A stretch of DNA of 57,505 nucleotides, taken from an uncultured Thiobacillus sp. GTDB taxonomy: Bacteria > Pseudomonadota > Gammaproteobacteria > Burkholderiales > Thiobacillaceae. The notes beneath the pieces were generated by a model. The model was given only the letters and a program-made list of their open reading frames with translations. It searched no databases and was not told where the DNA came from. Location: assembly GCA_964646585.1 (NCBI GenBank), contig CAZYEY010000265.1:1-57505 (forward strand), in the 5' to 3' direction. Below are positions 11,324-28,167 of this stretch, piece by piece. A program made the translations under genes and the position numbers. The first letter of the stretch is position 1; every line of letters starts with the position of its first letter.

Positions 11324-12609
11324 GCGACCAGAAGGGGAAGAGCCCCGTCGCCATCGTCGGCGGTGGCTGGGCAGGTCTGGCCTGTGCCGTGGAACTGGCC
11401 GCCGCCGGTCTGCCCGTCCACCTGTTCGAAGCCGCGAAGCAACTGGGCGGCCGTGCCCGTCGTGTGGATTGGCAGGGCATTCCCATCGACAACGGCCAGC
11501 ATCTCATGGTGGGCGCCTATCGGGAGACCCTCGCCCTGATGGGACGCTTGGGCACCCAGGCATTTCTCGAGCGCCGCCCCCTGGAGCTGCGGCTTCCGGG
11601 CTTCCTGCTGCGCCTGCCCAGGCTGCCCGCGCCACTGAACCTGGTCGTGGGCCTGACCCTGGCCCAGGGCCTCGCCTGGCGGGACAAGCTGGCCGCCGCC
11701 CGACTCATGCACTACCTCAAGGACCGGGCCTTCCGCCTGCCTTGGGACGAGTGCGCGGGAGATTTCCTGCGTCGCCAGCAACAACCGGAAAATCTGGTGG
11801 ACAAGCTTTGGGGCCCCATCTGCGTGGCCGCCCTGAACACGCCGGTGGAGCACGCCTCGGCCCAGGTGTTCTGCAATGTGCTGCGGGACAGCCTGGCGGG
11901 GGAGCGGGCCGACAGCGACCTGGTCATGAACCGGGCGGATCTGGGTCTGTTGTTGCCCGATGCGGCGGCGGCCTTCATCGCCGGCAAGGGCGGCCGGGTG
12001 GAAACCGGGCGCAAGGTGGAGTCCCTGAGCCTGGGTGGGGCCGGCTTCCGACTGGTGGGAACCGACATCGAGACCCACCGGGTGGTGGTCGCCACCCACC
12101 CTGCCCGCCTGCCCGATCTGCTGGGCGCGCTACCCGGCGCCGAAGCCATCCTGGAGCAGACGGCCAGCCTTGCCTGGCAACCCATCCTGACCCTTTGGCT
12201 GCGCTTCGACCAGCCCGTCCCATTCCCCTTCCCCATGCTGGGGCTGGGGGGTGGCCAGGCACCCTGGGCCTTCGAACGTCACGACCTGGACCCCGGTCTG
12301 GTGGCCATCGTGGTCAGCGCCGAAGGCCCCCATCTGGCCTTGCCCGAAGAGACGCTGCTGGATGAATACCTGGCTCTGCTGGCTGGGCAGGTGGGCCCCC
12401 TCCCCCGGCTGCTGGAGTGGAAACGCATCGTCGAGAAGCGGGCCACCTTCGCCTGCATTCCCCGCTTGGGCCGTCCCGACAATGTCACCCCCTTACCTGG
12501 CCTTTTTCTCGCGGGGGACTATACGGCGGGCGACTACCCGGCCACCCTCGAAGGCGCAGTGCGCAGCGGCGTAAAATGCGCCCGCCAGATCCTGGATTGC
12601 CGAACATGA
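11320..12609 (+). CDS. hpnE: hydroxysqualene dehydroxylase HpnE (FAD-dependent)
   Basis: The start ATG at 11320 overlaps the hpnD stop (ATGA). MSDQKGKSPVAIVGGGWAGLACAVELAAAGLPVHLFEAAKQLGGRA is a GxGxxG FAD fold. The listed 657-aa ORF is a 5'-extended artefact in the same frame. Confidence 0.85.
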   Translation: MSDQKGKSPVAIVGGGWAGLACAVELAAAGLPVHLFEAAKQLGGRARRVDWQGIPIDNGQHLMVGAYRETLALMGRLGTQAFLERRPLELRLPGFLLRLPRLPAPLNLVVGLTLAQGLAWRDKLAAARLMHYLKDRAFRLPWDECAGDFLRRQQQPENLVDKLWGPICVAALNTPVEHASAQVFCNVLRDSLAGERADSDLVMNRADLGLLLPDAAAAFIAGKGGRVETGRKVESLSLGGAGFRLVGTDIETHRVVVATHPARLPDLLGALPGAEAILEQTASLAWQPILTLWLRFDQPVPFPFPMLGLGGGQAPWAFERHDLDPGLVAIVVSAEGPHLALPEETLLDEYLALLAGQVGPLPRLLEWKRIVEKRATFACIPRLGRPDNVTPLPGLFLAGDYTAGDYPATLEGAVRSGVKCARQILDCRT

Positions 12610-13355
12610 GCCACCTCTTTGCCCCCGACCTCCTGAAGCACCGGGTCATTCTCGTCACCGGCGCCGGCCAGGGCCTGGGCCGCGCCGCCGCGTTGGCCTT
12701 CGCCCGCCACGGCGCCACCGTCATTCTGCTGGGGCGCACGGTGTCCAAGCTGGAGAAGGTTTACGACGAGATCCTCGGCGCCGGCGGCGCCCAACCCGCC
12801 ATCTTTCCCGTGGACCTGGGGGCCGCCCGGGAGGAGGATTTCGAAGCCATGGCCCAGGCCATCGGCCACCAGCTCGGCCGCCTGGACGGCATCCTCCATT
12901 GCGCCGCCGCCTTCGAGGCCCTGCGGCCCCAGGCACTGGATACCCTGGAGGAGTGGCTGAAGCTGTTCCGGGTCAACGCCGCCGCCCCGGCGGCCATCAA
13001 CCGGGCCTGCCTGCCCTTGTTGGAGGCCGCGGGCGACGCCTCCGTGATCCTGGTGGGGGAGACCCACGGCCATGCCCCATCCGCCTATTGGGGCGGCTTC
13101 GCCGTCTCCAAGGCCGCCTTGGAGGCCTATTTCCGTGTCCAGGCCGACGAATGGGAGGACAAACCCATGCGCATCAATCTGGTAATTCCCGGACCGGTGA
13201 ACACACCCCAGCGCAACCGCAGCCACCCGGGCGAGGACAAAACCGCCCTGCCCCAGCCGGAGGAACTGGCCCAAAGACTGCTGTATCTGATGAGCCCAGA
13301 CTCTCGGGCGGTTCGGGGACGCATGTTCGAAGGCATGGGTTCTTTGCCTGCCTGA
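12606..13355 (+). CDS. YciK-like short-chain dehydrogenase/reductase family protein (non-canonical active site)
   Basis: ATG 12606 overlaps the hpnE stop (ATGA). HRVILVTGAGQGLGRAAALAFARHGATVILLGR is an SDR Rossmann motif. The protein resembles E. coli YciK along its length, but YxxxK reads FAVSK. Confidence 0.8.
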   Translation: MSHLFAPDLLKHRVILVTGAGQGLGRAAALAFARHGATVILLGRTVSKLEKVYDEILGAGGAQPAIFPVDLGAAREEDFEAMAQAIGHQLGRLDGILHCAAAFEALRPQALDTLEEWLKLFRVNAAAPAAINRACLPLLEAAGDASVILVGETHGHAPSAYWGGFAVSKAALEAYFRVQADEWEDKPMRINLVIPGPVNTPQRNRSHPGEDKTALPQPEELAQRLLYLMSPDSRAVRGRMFEGMGSLPA

Positions 13356-13383
13356 GCGGGATTCGCGTCACTCGGGGCCGAGT

Positions 13384-13409
13384 GGAAGCCCGGAACGAAA
13401 CGGGCTTCC
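13384..13409. terminator. stem-loop between convergent SDR gene and galU
   Basis: 9-bp stem ggaagcccg / cgggcttcc with an 8-nt loop. There is no clear U-tract, so terminator function is uncertain. Confidence 0.4.
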
Positions 13410-13426
13410 CGTCTGGGCAGGCATGA

Positions 13427-14326
13427 CTAGCCGGATGTCTTCTCCGACTGGCACGGCTGGCAGAAACGCCTTTTCAGGAAATCATTGAACTCCGTGGCCA
13501 CCTCCGGGTGCTTCAGGGCGAATTCCACCGTGGCTTCCAGATAGCCCAGCTTGCTGCCGCAATCGTAGCGCTTGCCGGTGAACTCGTAGGCCAGCACTTG
13601 CTGTTCCTTCAACAGGGCGGCAATGGCGTCGGTGAGTTGCAGTTCGCCGCCGGCGCCCCGCTCGATATGGCGCAAGTGATGGAAGATGCGCGGCGTCAGC
13701 ACGTAGCGCCCCACCACTGCCAGGTTGGAAGGCGCCTCGGCGGGCTTGGGCTTTTCCACGATCTGGTTGACCCGGTTGATCCTTTCTCCCAAGGGTGAGG
13801 TGGCGACGATGCCGTAGGCTCCCGTTTCTGAAGGATCCACGTGCTGCACCCCCACCATGGAGCACTGGTAGTAGCTGTACAGATCGCACATCTGCTTGGT
13901 GGCCCCCGGCTCGCCGTCGATGAGGTCGTCGGCCAGCAGCACGGCGAAGGGCTCGTCGTTGACCGCCGGCTGGGCACACAGCACCGCGTGGCCCAGGCCC
14001 AGGGCCTCGGCCTGGCGGATGTAGATGCAGTTGACGTTGATGGGAAGCATGGCCCGAAGTTCTTCCAGGGCTTTCATCTTGCCCCGGGTCTCCAGCTCCA
14101 CCTCCAGCTCGTAGGCCTTGTCGAAGTGATCGGCAATGGCCCGCTTGGTGCGGCCGATGATGAAGATGAGATCGGTGATGCCGGCCGCCATGGCCTCTTC
14201 CGCCGCGTACTGGATCAGCGGCTTGTCCACGATGGGCAGCATCTCCTTGGGATTGGCCTTGGTGGCAGGCAGAAAGCGGGTGCCCATGCCCGCAGCCGGG
14301 AAAACGGCCTTGGTCACCCTTTTCAT
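13427..14326 (-). CDS. galU: UTP--glucose-1-phosphate uridylyltransferase
   Basis: 299-aa ORF with [35 protein letters not shown], the canonical GalU N-terminus. Confidence 0.95.
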   Translation of the reverse strand: MKRVTKAVFPAAGMGTRFLPATKANPKEMLPIVDKPLIQYAAEEAMAAGITDLIFIIGRTKRAIADHFDKAYELEVELETRGKMKALEELRAMLPINVNCIYIRQAEALGLGHAVLCAQPAVNDEPFAVLLADDLIDGEPGATKQMCDLYSYYQCSMVGVQHVDPSETGAYGIVATSPLGERINRVNQIVEKPKPAEAPSNLAVVGRYVLTPRIFHHLRHIERGAGGELQLTDAIAALLKEQQVLAYEFTGKRYDCGSKLGYLEATVEFALKHPEVATEFNDFLKRRFCQPCQSEKTSG

Positions 14327-14423
14327 ATCACCTCCAAGGTCGTTTCAGCGGAGGCTGAGTTGCACGGCAAGCGAAGCCTGCGAGGCAGGCGGCCGGAGCC
14401 AAATCCGGCTTTCGTGACACGTT

Positions 14424-17931
<3,508 letters not shown>

Positions 17932-17935
<4 letters not shown>

Positions 17936-18237
17936 GGTCGCTTAATCTCCGTGGTGGCCCGGCTTCCGGACTCCATGACATGGAAAAACACTTCATTGCC
18001 GCGCACCATGCCGAGTTCGAACCGGGCGCGCTCGTCCAGGGCATCGTAGCCGGAATGCAGATCCCGGGCCTCTGCCGCGAGCTGGACATTGCGGGCTTCC
18101 AGGGCCTGGTTGGCGGTGCGCTGGGCAGCGATATCCCGCTCCAGTTCCCACACTCTGAGCCAGCTGCCCTTCCCCAGCCAGAGGGGATATTGCAGCAGCA
18201 GGATCAGCAACGCCAAGGTCCAGGCCAGCCCGCGCAT
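17932..18237 (-). CDS. ftsB: cell division protein FtsB
   Basis: 101-aa ORF with a TM helix (LALLILLLQYPLWLG) plus a coiled coil. Directly downstream of eno, the conserved eno-ftsB pairing. Its stop overlaps the zipA start. Confidence 0.85.
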
Positions 18238-18238
18238 C

Positions 18239-22093
<3,855 letters not shown>

Positions 22094-22168
22094 TCAAAAA
22101 AGCCCGCGCTTGCCTGGTCAGGACGGGCCGGGCTCGAGGGGATCGACACGGCTCGTGCCGTCGGCGCC

Positions 22169-22483
22169 TCAATTCCCGGTGATGCCCGTGGTGACCTGGT
22201 GGGTGACGTAAACCAGCCTGAGCCCCGACTCCCCCACCCGCTTGATCAGGGCGTCAATGCGCTCGGCATCGGCGAAGAATTCCAGGGTTTCCGGCAACCG
22301 GCCCGCCAGTTCGAAGAAATGGTCCTCGTGCAGGCCGTGACGGCCGTAGCCCGCCGCAGCGCGGTAGGCAGTGCCGCCGGCGATACCCAGGGACTTGGCC
22401 TCGTTGAACAGCCACTCGTGGATGGGCAGGTGCTCGTGCCTCATGCCCTCCTGGACGAAGAAACGGACGCAGACAGTCTGCAT
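22169..22483 (-). CDS. DUF190 (COG1993, PII-like) domain protein
   Basis: 104-aa product MQTVCVRFFVQEGMRHEHLPIHEWLFNEAKSLGIAGGTAYRAAAGYGRHG..., recognised as the DUF190 family. Starts 2 nt after the crcB stop. The listed 208-aa ORF is a 5' over-extension that overlaps crcB in another frame. Confidence 0.75.
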   Translation of the reverse strand: MQTVCVRFFVQEGMRHEHLPIHEWLFNEAKSLGIAGGTAYRAAAGYGRHGLHEDHFFELAGRLPETLEFFADAERIDALIKRVGESGLRLVYVTHQVTTGITGN

Positions 22484-22485
22484 GG

Positions 22486-22863
22486 TCACCCTTTCATCAA
22501 CCTGAAGCTGGCCACGCCCAGGGCGGTGAACGCCACGGAACCGAGCAGGTGGATGCCCGCTGCCGCCAGCGCCCAGCCGAGTTGGCCCCGGCTGAGGAGC
22601 GTGAAGACCTCGGCGGAGAAGGTGGAGAAGGTGGTGAGCCCACCCAGGAAACCGGTGATGGCGAACAATCGCCATTCCGGCGGCAGCCCGGGATGCTGGG
22701 CAAAGAAGGCAATGGCCACGCCGATGAGATAGCCGCCGAGGAGGTTCGCCACCAGGGTGCCGAAGGGCAGGCTCGGGAACACCGGGTTGAGCCATAGTCC
22801 CAGACCCCAGCGCAGCCAGGCGCCCAGGGCGGCGCCCAGGCCGATGGCGATGAAGGCGCTCAT
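22486..22863 (-). CDS. crcB: fluoride ion channel CrcB/FluC
   Basis: 125-aa protein with four TM helices and the characteristic [14 protein letters not shown] and [13 protein letters not shown] motifs. Confidence 0.93.
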   Translation of the reverse strand: MSAFIAIGLGAALGAWLRWGLGLWLNPVFPSLPFGTLVANLLGGYLIGVAIAFFAQHPGLPPEWRLFAITGFLGGLTTFSTFSAEVFTLLSRGQLGWALAAAGIHLLGSVAFTALGVASFRLMKG

Positions 22864-22960
22864 CCCGGTACGGCGAAATACCTGGGGCGTGAAGCGCCGG
22901 CCTCAGGCCTCGCCTCCCAAACCCGGCTGGTGTGGCTCTGACCCCTCACGCCTCAGGCCC

Positions 22961-25513
22961 TCAAAGCCAGACCATCAGCCCCGTTTCGAAGGGATGGGTC
23001 AGTAAATCGTGGTAGGGATAGACCCGCACCCGGTAGAGCAGCTTGCCGCACATTTCCGGGGTGAGCTCCAGACTGAACAGGCATTCCTGGCCCTGCCAGC
23101 CATCCGGCTTCATCTGGATGGCCTGCAGGTCGCGATCCTGGCCATGCTTGGAGGCGCGTCCCATCAGCACTTCCACCCGGACATCCTCCGGGGCCAGGCC
23201 ATTGAGGGTGGCCGCCACCCTGAGTTGCAGACTGTCGCCGAAATTGATGCGCTTACGAGGCGGGTCCAGCCGGCGCAGGGCGATGCCTCCCCAGGACTGA
23301 CGGATCTTGGCCTTCCAGGCCGCCACCCCCTGGGCGGCGGCGAAGCCGCCATCGGAGTAGCGCCGCCACTGACGGGAAGCAGGGCCGTAAAACTTGTTCA
23401 CGTACTCCATGACCATGCGGGTGGAGTTGAAACGGGGCAGGAGGGTGGTGATGGAGCGCTTGGCCATGCGCACCCACTCGCTGGAGAAGCCCAGTTCGTG
23501 GCGGCGGTAATACATGGGGATGACCTGGTCCTGGAGCAGTTCGTAGAGGGTCTGGCTGTCTTCCCGGTTGCGGCGGCCCTCGTCGAAATATTCCGGCGCC
23601 GGCTTGATGGCCCAGCCATTGCTGCCATCGTAGCCCTCGTCCCACCAACCATCGGTGACCGACAGATTGAGAACCCCGTTCATGGCCGCCTTCATGCCCG
23701 AGGTGCCGGAGGCCTCCAGGGGATAGATGGGGTTGTTGAGCCAGACGTCGCAGCCGGACACCAGGCGACGGGCAAAGCCCAAGTCGTAGCCCTCCACCAT
23801 CAGGAGCTTGCCCTCGAACTCCGGCGAGCGGGAAATCTCGTGGATGCGGCGGATGAGATCCTGGCCGGGGCGGTCGGCCGGATGAGCCTTGCCGGCGAAG
23901 ATGAAGAGCACCGGCTTGTCCCCATCGTTGATGATCTGGCGGATCCAGTCCATGTTCTCGAACATGAGCGTGGCCCGCTTGTAGGTGGCGAAGCGGCGGG
24001 CGAAGCCGATGGTCAGCACGTTGGGATCCAGGGGATTGGCGTACTTGAGCATGCGCTCCAGGTGGGCCTCAGAGCCGTGGTTGCGCAGGTGCTGCTGGGT
24101 GATGCGGTGGTGCACGGAGTGCAACATCTGGGTCTTCAGGGCCTGGTGCACCGACCAGAAGTGGTGGTCCGGAATGGCCTCCACCTTGTCCCAGAAAGTC
24201 ACGTCGGTGAGGCGCCGACGCCATTCATAGCCCAGTTTGTTGTCGAACAGATCCTGCCATTCCTGGGCCAGGAAGGTGGAGACGTGGACGCCGTTGGTGA
24301 TGTAGTCCATGGGCGACTCGTCAGGCTGCACCTGGGGCCACATGTCGGACAGGATGCGGGACGACACGCCGCCGTGGATGCGGGACACGCCGTTGTGGTG
24401 GCGGGAGCCGTTCAGGGCCAGCTTGGTCATGTTGAATTCCTGACCGTGGCCGGCGCCACCCAGACGCATGAACTCCTCCCGCTGGACCCCCAGATCGTTG
24501 CAGCATTCACTGAAGTAGTCCCAGATCATGTCCTCGGCGAAATGGTCATGGCCGGCGGGCACGGGAGTGTGGGTGGTGAACACGGTGTTGGCCGCCACCG
24601 CCTCCAGGGCGGCGTGGAAGGACAGTCCGCCCTTGACCTTGCGGCGGATCCGCTCCAGCACCAGGAAGGCGGCATGGCCCTCGTTGATGTGGTAGACGGT
24701 GGGCTTGACGCCCAGAGCTTCCAGGGCGCGCATGCCGCCGACACCCAGCACCATTTCCTGCTGGATGCGGGTGTGCTTGTCGCCGCCGTAGAGCTGGTGG
24801 GTGATGTAGCGGTCCTCCGCCCGGTTCGCGGGCAGGTCGGTATCCAGCAGGCAGAGGCGGACATGGCCGATGCGGGCCTCCCAGACCTTCACCTCCAGCC
24901 GGCGGCCGGGCAGTTCGATGAAAACGTGGATCTCCTTCCCTTCCTCGCTCACCGCGGGATGGATGGGCAGGTCATCGAATTCGGAATCGGTATAGGTGGC
25001 GATCTGGTTGCCATCGTTGTCGATGCGCTGGGAGAAGTAGCCCTGGCGGTAGAGCAGGCCCACGGCCACGAAGGGCAGGCGCATGTCGGAGGCAGCCTTG
25101 CAATGGTCGCCGGCCAGGATGCCCAGGCCCCCGGAATAGATGGGGAAGCTTTCATGGAAGCCGAACTCGGCGCAGAAATAGGCGACCAGGTCGCCCGGCT
25201 TCAGGTCCAGGGGCATGTCCCGGCGCAACGGCTCGCTCATGTAGGTGTCGAAGGCCGACAGCACCCGGTTGTAGTTGCCCAGGAAGATGTGATCCTCGGC
25301 AGCCTCGGTGAGCCGCTCCTCGTCCACCCGCTTGAGGAAAGCCTTGGGATTGTGGCTCACCGCGTCCCAAAGGCCCGGATGCAGGCGGGCGAACAGGGTG
25401 CGGGTCGGCCGGTCCCAGCTGTACCAGAGGTTGTCCGCCAGCTCGGAGAGGCGGGCAAGACGGCGGGGGATGCGTGGATTGACTTCGACGACGAAGGGGG
25501 TACCGGGCTTCAT
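22961..25513 (-). CDS. glgP: alpha-glucan family phosphorylase (GT35, DUF3417-type N-terminus)
   Basis: ORF trimmed to the ATG at 25513 (MKPGTPFVVEVNPRIPRRLARLSELADNLWYSWDRP). PLP-lysine region EASGTSGMKAAMNGVLN is present. Confidence 0.9.
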   Translation of the reverse strand: MKPGTPFVVEVNPRIPRRLARLSELADNLWYSWDRPTRTLFARLHPGLWDAVSHNPKAFLKRVDEERLTEAAEDHIFLGNYNRVLSAFDTYMSEPLRRDMPLDLKPGDLVAYFCAEFGFHESFPIYSGGLGILAGDHCKAASDMRLPFVAVGLLYRQGYFSQRIDNDGNQIATYTDSEFDDLPIHPAVSEEGKEIHVFIELPGRRLEVKVWEARIGHVRLCLLDTDLPANRAEDRYITHQLYGGDKHTRIQQEMVLGVGGMRALEALGVKPTVYHINEGHAAFLVLERIRRKVKGGLSFHAALEAVAANTVFTTHTPVPAGHDHFAEDMIWDYFSECCNDLGVQREEFMRLGGAGHGQEFNMTKLALNGSRHHNGVSRIHGGVSSRILSDMWPQVQPDESPMDYITNGVHVSTFLAQEWQDLFDNKLGYEWRRRLTDVTFWDKVEAIPDHHFWSVHQALKTQMLHSVHHRITQQHLRNHGSEAHLERMLKYANPLDPNVLTIGFARRFATYKRATLMFENMDWIRQIINDGDKPVLFIFAGKAHPADRPGQDLIRRIHEISRSPEFEGKLLMVEGYDLGFARRLVSGCDVWLNNPIYPLEASGTSGMKAAMNGVLNLSVTDGWWDEGYDGSNGWAIKPAPEYFDEGRRNREDSQTLYELLQDQVIPMYYRRHELGFSSEWVRMAKRSITTLLPRFNSTRMVMEYVNKFYGPASRQWRRYSDGGFAAAQGVAAWKAKIRQSWGGIALRRLDPPRKRINFGDSLQLRVAATLNGLAPEDVRVEVLMGRASKHGQDRDLQAIQMKPDGWQGQECLFSLELTPEMCGKLLYRVRVYPYHDLLTHPFETGLMVWL

Positions 25514-25557
25514 TGTTGTTCCTTCTTCTTGTTCGTGGCGGACTCGGGAGAAACGAC

Positions 25558-26106
25558 TCAGCTCATGCGGATGAAATGCTCGCGGTAATACTTCAATTCC
25601 TCGATGGACTCGTGGATGTCGGCCAGGGCGGTGTGGTTGTTGGCCTTCTTGAAACCCTCCTTGAGTTCCGGACGCCAGCGGGCGGCCAGTTCCTTCAGGG
25701 TGGAGACGTCCAGGTTGCGGTAGTGGAAATAGGCCTCCAGCCTGGGCAGATGGCGCGCCATGAAACGGCGATCCTGGCAGATGGAGTTGCCGCACATGGG
25801 GGATTTGCGCTCGCCCACGTGCCGCTTCATGAACTCGATCATCCGGCTCTCGACATCCGCCTCGGACAGGGGCGAGGCCTTGACCTTGTCGATGAGGCCG
25901 GACTTGCCGTGGGTGCTCTTGTTCCAGTTGTCCATGGCGTCCAGCACGGCGTCGGACTGGTGGATCACCAGCACGGGCCCCTCCTCCACCAGATTGAGAT
26001 CCTTGTCGGTGGCCACCAGGGCTACTTCCAGGACCACGTCCTTTTCAGGATCCAGGCCGGACATTTCCATGTCCACCCAGACCAGGTGGGTATCGTTTTG
26101 CGCCAT
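25558..26106 (-). CDS. orn: oligoribonuclease
   Basis: ORF trimmed to the ATG at 26106 ([23 protein letters not shown]). DEDDh exonuclease motifs include [15 protein letters not shown]. Confidence 0.93.
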   Translation of the reverse strand: MAQNDTHLVWVDMEMSGLDPEKDVVLEVALVATDKDLNLVEEGPVLVIHQSDAVLDAMDNWNKSTHGKSGLIDKVKASPLSEADVESRMIEFMKRHVGERKSPMCGNSICQDRRFMARHLPRLEAYFHYRNLDVSTLKELAARWRPELKEGFKKANNHTALADIHESIEELKYYREHFIRMS

Positions 26107-26159
26107 GTTCAACCTCGCGGAATGGAGCGGGAGAGAGGGTCGGGAGCCGGCGGGCATTG

Positions 26160-26168
26160 TGGCATAAT
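26160..26168 (+). promoter_or_regulatory. possible extended -10 promoter element for the M48 peptidase gene
   Basis: tgg-CATAAT, an extended -10 of the TGn+hexamer type, about 30 nt upstream of ATG 26198. No good -35 element. By-eye call. Confidence 0.3.
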
Positions 26169-26197
26169 CCCCCGAGCCTCGCCTAAGACCATCGCTA

Positions 26198-27466
26198 ATG
26201 CCTTCATTTCAAAGTATTTTTTTGGCTGCCGTCAGCATCGCCTTCGGCCTGAAGCTGTGGCTGCTGCTGCGCCAGATGCGCCACGTCTGGAGCCATCGGG
26301 ACGCCCCCCCCGCCGCCTTCCTGGGCATCCTGACCCTCGAGGAACACCGCAAGGCCGCCGCCTATACCCTGGCCAAGGCCCGCCTGGGCCTGCTGCACCT
26401 GGCTCTGGAAGCGGGGTTGCTGTTGTTCTTCACCCTGGGCGGCGGTCTGCAATGGCTCCACGATCTTCTCTCCGCCCGGCTGGACAGCGGGCTGTTGGCC
26501 GGTACCGCCCTCCTGCTGGGTCTGGGCCTCATCAGCGCGGTCGCCGAACTGCCCCTGACCGCCCTGGCCCAGTTCCGGGTGGAAGCCCGCTTCGGCTTCA
26601 ACCGTCAGACCCCGGCCGGCTTTGTCGCCGACCTGGCCAAGCAGGCTCTCCTGGGCCTGCTGCTGGGGGGGCCCCTGCTGTTCCTGGTGCTGTGGCTCAT
26701 GGGTGTCATGGGGGAAAACTGGTGGCTGTGGGTCTGGGGCGTGTGGATGGGCTTCAACCTCCTGATCCTGGCCATCTACCCCACCTTCATCGCCCCCCTG
26801 TTCAACAAGTTCACCCCCCTGGAGGACGCGGTCCTGAAGGAACGCATCGAGGGGCTGCTGGCCCGGGCCGGCTTCAAATCCAGCGGCGTCTTCGTCATGG
26901 ACGGCTCCAAGCGCTCCAGCCACGGCAACGCCTACTTCACCGGCCTGGGGAGGAACAAGCGCATCGTCTTCTACGACACCCTGCTGTCCCAACTGACTCC
27001 GGACCAGATCGAGGCGGTGCTGGCCCACGAACTGGGCCACTTCAAGCATCGCCACATCGTCAAGCGCATCGGTCTCATGTTCGTGCTTTCCCTGGCCATG
27101 CTCGCGGTCCTGGCCTGGGTGAAGGACGCCGGCTGGTTCTATGCCGGCCTGGGTGTGGTCAGCGCCACCGACGCTACCGCCCTGGCCCTGTTCTTCCTGG
27201 CCCTGCCGGTCTTCCTGTTCCCGGCCACACCCTTCATGAGTCTGTATTCCCGCATGCACGAATTCGAGGCCGACGCCTTCGCCGCCCGCCAGACCCGGGC
27301 CGATCACCTCGTCTCCGCCCTGGTGAAGCTGTATCGGGACAACGCCTCCACCCTGACGCCGGACCCGATCTATTCCCTCTTCTACGACAGCCACCCCAAA
27401 GCCGTGGAACGTATTGAAAAACTCGATGCCTACAGCAATCTACAGCCCCAGCCCCTGAGGGCATGA
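26198..27466 (+). CDS. M48 family (Ste24/HtpX-like) integral-membrane zinc metallopeptidase
   Basis: 422-aa multi-TM ORF with an intact [10 protein letters not shown] zinc motif. Confidence 0.88.
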   Translation: MPSFQSIFLAAVSIAFGLKLWLLLRQMRHVWSHRDAPPAAFLGILTLEEHRKAAAYTLAKARLGLLHLALEAGLLLFFTLGGGLQWLHDLLSARLDSGLLAGTALLLGLGLISAVAELPLTALAQFRVEARFGFNRQTPAGFVADLAKQALLGLLLGGPLLFLVLWLMGVMGENWWLWVWGVWMGFNLLILAIYPTFIAPLFNKFTPLEDAVLKERIEGLLARAGFKSSGVFVMDGSKRSSHGNAYFTGLGRNKRIVFYDTLLSQLTPDQIEAVLAHELGHFKHRHIVKRIGLMFVLSLAMLAVLAWVKDAGWFYAGLGVVSATDATALALFFLALPVFLFPATPFMSLYSRMHEFEADAFAARQTRADHLVSALVKLYRDNASTLTPDPIYSLFYDSHPKAVERIEKLDAYSNLQPQPLRA

Positions 27467-27480
27467 GAGAGGAGATTTCC

Positions 27481-27795
27481 ATGAAGAACGTCGTCAAGTA
27501 CCTCCTGGCCATCGCCGCCGGTTCCGCCCTGTCCGCCCACGCCGCCCCCTTCGACAAGGGCGATGCCAAGCAAGGCCAGGCCCTCCATGAAAAACAGTGC
27601 GCCGATTGCCACAAGGCCCGCTTCGGCGGCGACGGCAGCAAGATCTACACCCGGGCCGACCGCCGGGTAAAGAATGCCTCCGCCCTCTCCCAGCAGATCA
27701 CCACCTGCAACGCCATGCTGGGCAACCACCTGTTCCCCGAGGACGAAACGCATCTGGCCGCCTACCTGAACGGCCAGTACTACAAGTTCAAGTAA
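27481..27795 (+). CDS. periplasmic mono-haem c-type cytochrome
   Basis: Start moved to the ATG at 27481, with GAGAGGAG upstream. Signal peptide MKNVVKYLLAIAAGSALSAHA and a single CADCH haem-binding motif. Confidence 0.75.
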   Translation: MKNVVKYLLAIAAGSALSAHAAPFDKGDAKQGQALHEKQCADCHKARFGGDGSKIYTRADRRVKNASALSQQITTCNAMLGNHLFPEDETHLAAYLNGQYYKFK

Positions 27796-27806
27796 CGGAG
27801 GCCGCC

Positions 27807-28151
27807 ATGAGCGAAACCTTCTGCGACCTCTCCAAGGGCAAGTGCAAGCCCTGCGAGGGCGGCATCCCGCCCCTTACGCCCGATGAAATCGCCACCCTAC
27901 TGCCCAAGCTGGCCGCGGACTGGAAGGTGGTGGATGGCAAGCTGCGGCGGGACTTCAGGTTCCCGGATCACTACGTGACCATGACCTTCGTCAACGCCGT
28001 GGCCTGGGTCTCCCACCAGCAGGGCCACCATCCGGACCTGGGCGTGGGCTACAACAGCTGCCGGGTGGAGTACATCACCCACGCCATCAACGGCCTGTCG
28101 GAATCCGACTTCATCTGCGCCGCCAAAATCGACGCCCTCTTCGCGCTTTGA
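27807..28151 (+). CDS. 4a-hydroxytetrahydrobiopterin (pterin-4-alpha-carbinolamine) dehydratase
   Basis: 114-aa product with ...W...L.R.F.F.....FVNAVAW...QGHHPDL....N.V.....TH and ...GLSESDFICAAKID, the typical PCD/DCoH pattern. It is in-frame within the longer listed ORF 27597..28151. Confidence 0.85.
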   Translation: MSETFCDLSKGKCKPCEGGIPPLTPDEIATLLPKLAADWKVVDGKLRRDFRFPDHYVTMTFVNAVAWVSHQQGHHPDLGVGYNSCRVEYITHAINGLSESDFICAAKIDALFAL

Positions 28152-28167
28152 TGGGAAGCCGCGCCTG

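Noticed and set aside
10636-12609. 657-aa ORF spanning hpnD and hpnE.
   Set aside because: The 5' part is an out-of-frame read-through of hpnD with Pro/Arg/Gly-rich composition. The real HpnE starts at ATG 11320 with a GxGxxG motif.
22864-22960. Possible fluoride riboswitch in the crcB leader.
   Set aside because: I read the minus strand by eye. It lacks the conserved GAUG, AACCGCC and CUGAUGAUGCCUAC elements. This still needs a cmsearch to be definitive.
22899-22962. Two copies of gcctcaggcc about 50 nt apart between crcB and glgP.
   Set aside because: This is only a 10-nt direct repeat in GC-rich DNA, which is compatible with chance. I found no further copies or associated structure.
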